A stretch of DNA of 64,000 nucleotides from Felis catus (taxonomy: Eukaryota). Positions 62,685-64,000 of this stretch are shown here, in pieces. The first letter of the stretch is position 1; each line of letters begins with the position of its first letter. The notes beneath the pieces were generated by a model. It was not told the DNA's origin. It worked only from the letters and a program-made list of their open reading frames with translations, and did no database searches. The position numbers and the translations under genes are program-made. Location: contig NC_058383.1 in NCBI RefSeq assembly GCF_018350175.1, positions 22,756,001-22,820,000 on the forward strand, written 5' to 3'.

Positions 62685-64000
62685 TGAGAGTCTAAAATAG
62701 GGACAGGAAAGATGGGGTCCACCTGATGTACCCCCCCCCCCCACCCCGAGGAACTTGTGCAGGACAGAGTAGACTAGGGACAGGGCATCCTGACTGCTTC
62801 ACCATGTGCCAGGTGTCCCTGGAGAGGGGCTCCACCAGTGCCCCTCAGCCGGGGAGGCAGTGGCACGAGGGTCCCGGGTCCAGGTCACACGTACTCACTG
62901 GAGGTAGAAGCAGGGTCTGCAAGGGTCCCACCCGGTGAAGGCGAGCCCCTTCTCTCTGGGAACAGTGGCACCCAGAACAGTTTTGCTCGTGAGAACAAAC
63001 ATAAACCCTTCACCATAGAGGTGATGTTCCTGTCCAGATGCCTCTGGCCACAGCTTGTTCCCAACCCCCCAGGGTTCCTAGATCTCTAAACCGACAAGGT
63101 AAAATGACAATGAATTAAAACTTTTCCTTTTTCTCATGATCTGGGCCTGGCGAGGTTGAACAGGGACCGTATACTTTCTGATCAACAATCATCTTATCCT
63201 AACATTGGATATTATAGTCCTCCTTCATAAGGTTGGACAAACAGAAAAATCACATGATATATGAAAGATTCAGCAGCTTAAGAAGGTATCACAGTGAGAA
63301 TAAAATCACATCTGGTTCTGGGGCGGAAGCCCTAGATTTCACGTTCTTGTCCTTGTGCTTGTTTATGTTCATCCTGTCTTGGTTTTTAACTTTCTAGTTT
63401 GTGCTTGTTGTATAGATGCTAGATATCAAACAAGGTCATGGGTTCGAAAGAATAAATCATGACGTCCCATCATTGAACATGATGGTGTTTCCGTTTTCCC
63501 ACATGCCCTCTGGACGCCACTGTCTGCACAGATGATATTTGACATGCAGCTTTATGTTCTGTATTATTATTATATTATTATTAGCGGTGGTGGTGGTGGT
63601 GGAGGAAGCACTTTGCTTACCTTCTCCTAAATGTACTATTTTTCAGTGCTCGTCCCCATACTTTTTTGTTTGTTTTAATGTTGCTCTCCTTCCTCCCCAT
63701 CTTCCCATTTCTGCTATCAGGTGGCCACCTTCCTCCCACCCCCCAGCTCAGGCCTGTGTGGCCAGAATGGCTGCTCCGTCCTCCCCCTTACCCCGCCCCA
63801 GCCTGACTGGCTCTCCCGACGTGGGCTTGTCACATCGCAATCTTGCTGGGATCCTGCAGCCATTGCCTGTTTCCTCCCACATGGGGTCCATGTGGTTCTC
63901 AGGGAGCCCTCTGTGACCTAGCTCTGGTCCTCCAGCACTGCCCCCTGCTGCACCCCCCTCCATACCCCTTCTCCCTCCCCATAAGTGGTGTGACACCAAG

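Overview
Mammalian (carnivore, most likely felid) genomic DNA covering the middle of COG7 (conserved oligomeric Golgi complex subunit 7) on the + strand. Eleven consecutive GT-AG coding exons (1398 nt, probably exons 5-15 by comparison with the human gene as I recall it) splice into one open frame. The start and end of the gene lie outside the window. The introns hold about 46 carnivore tRNA-derived SINEs (roughly 3:1 antisense to COG7), several L1 pieces including a decayed 5'-intact L1 at 1-4280, an ERV1-type solo LTR, MaLR, MER58, MIR and L2 relics, and microsatellites. I found no new gene or multi-gene system. The most unusual signals are atypical L1-mediated insertions: a tailless 5S rRNA retrocopy with no mismatch to 5S nt 1-92, two candidate L1 3' transductions, an orphan polyadenylated retrocopy, a poly(A)-only insertion, and target sites reused in series. 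There are also splice-site quirks at COG7 exons 10 and 11. Repeat boundaries and subfamily names come from reading by eye and are approximate.
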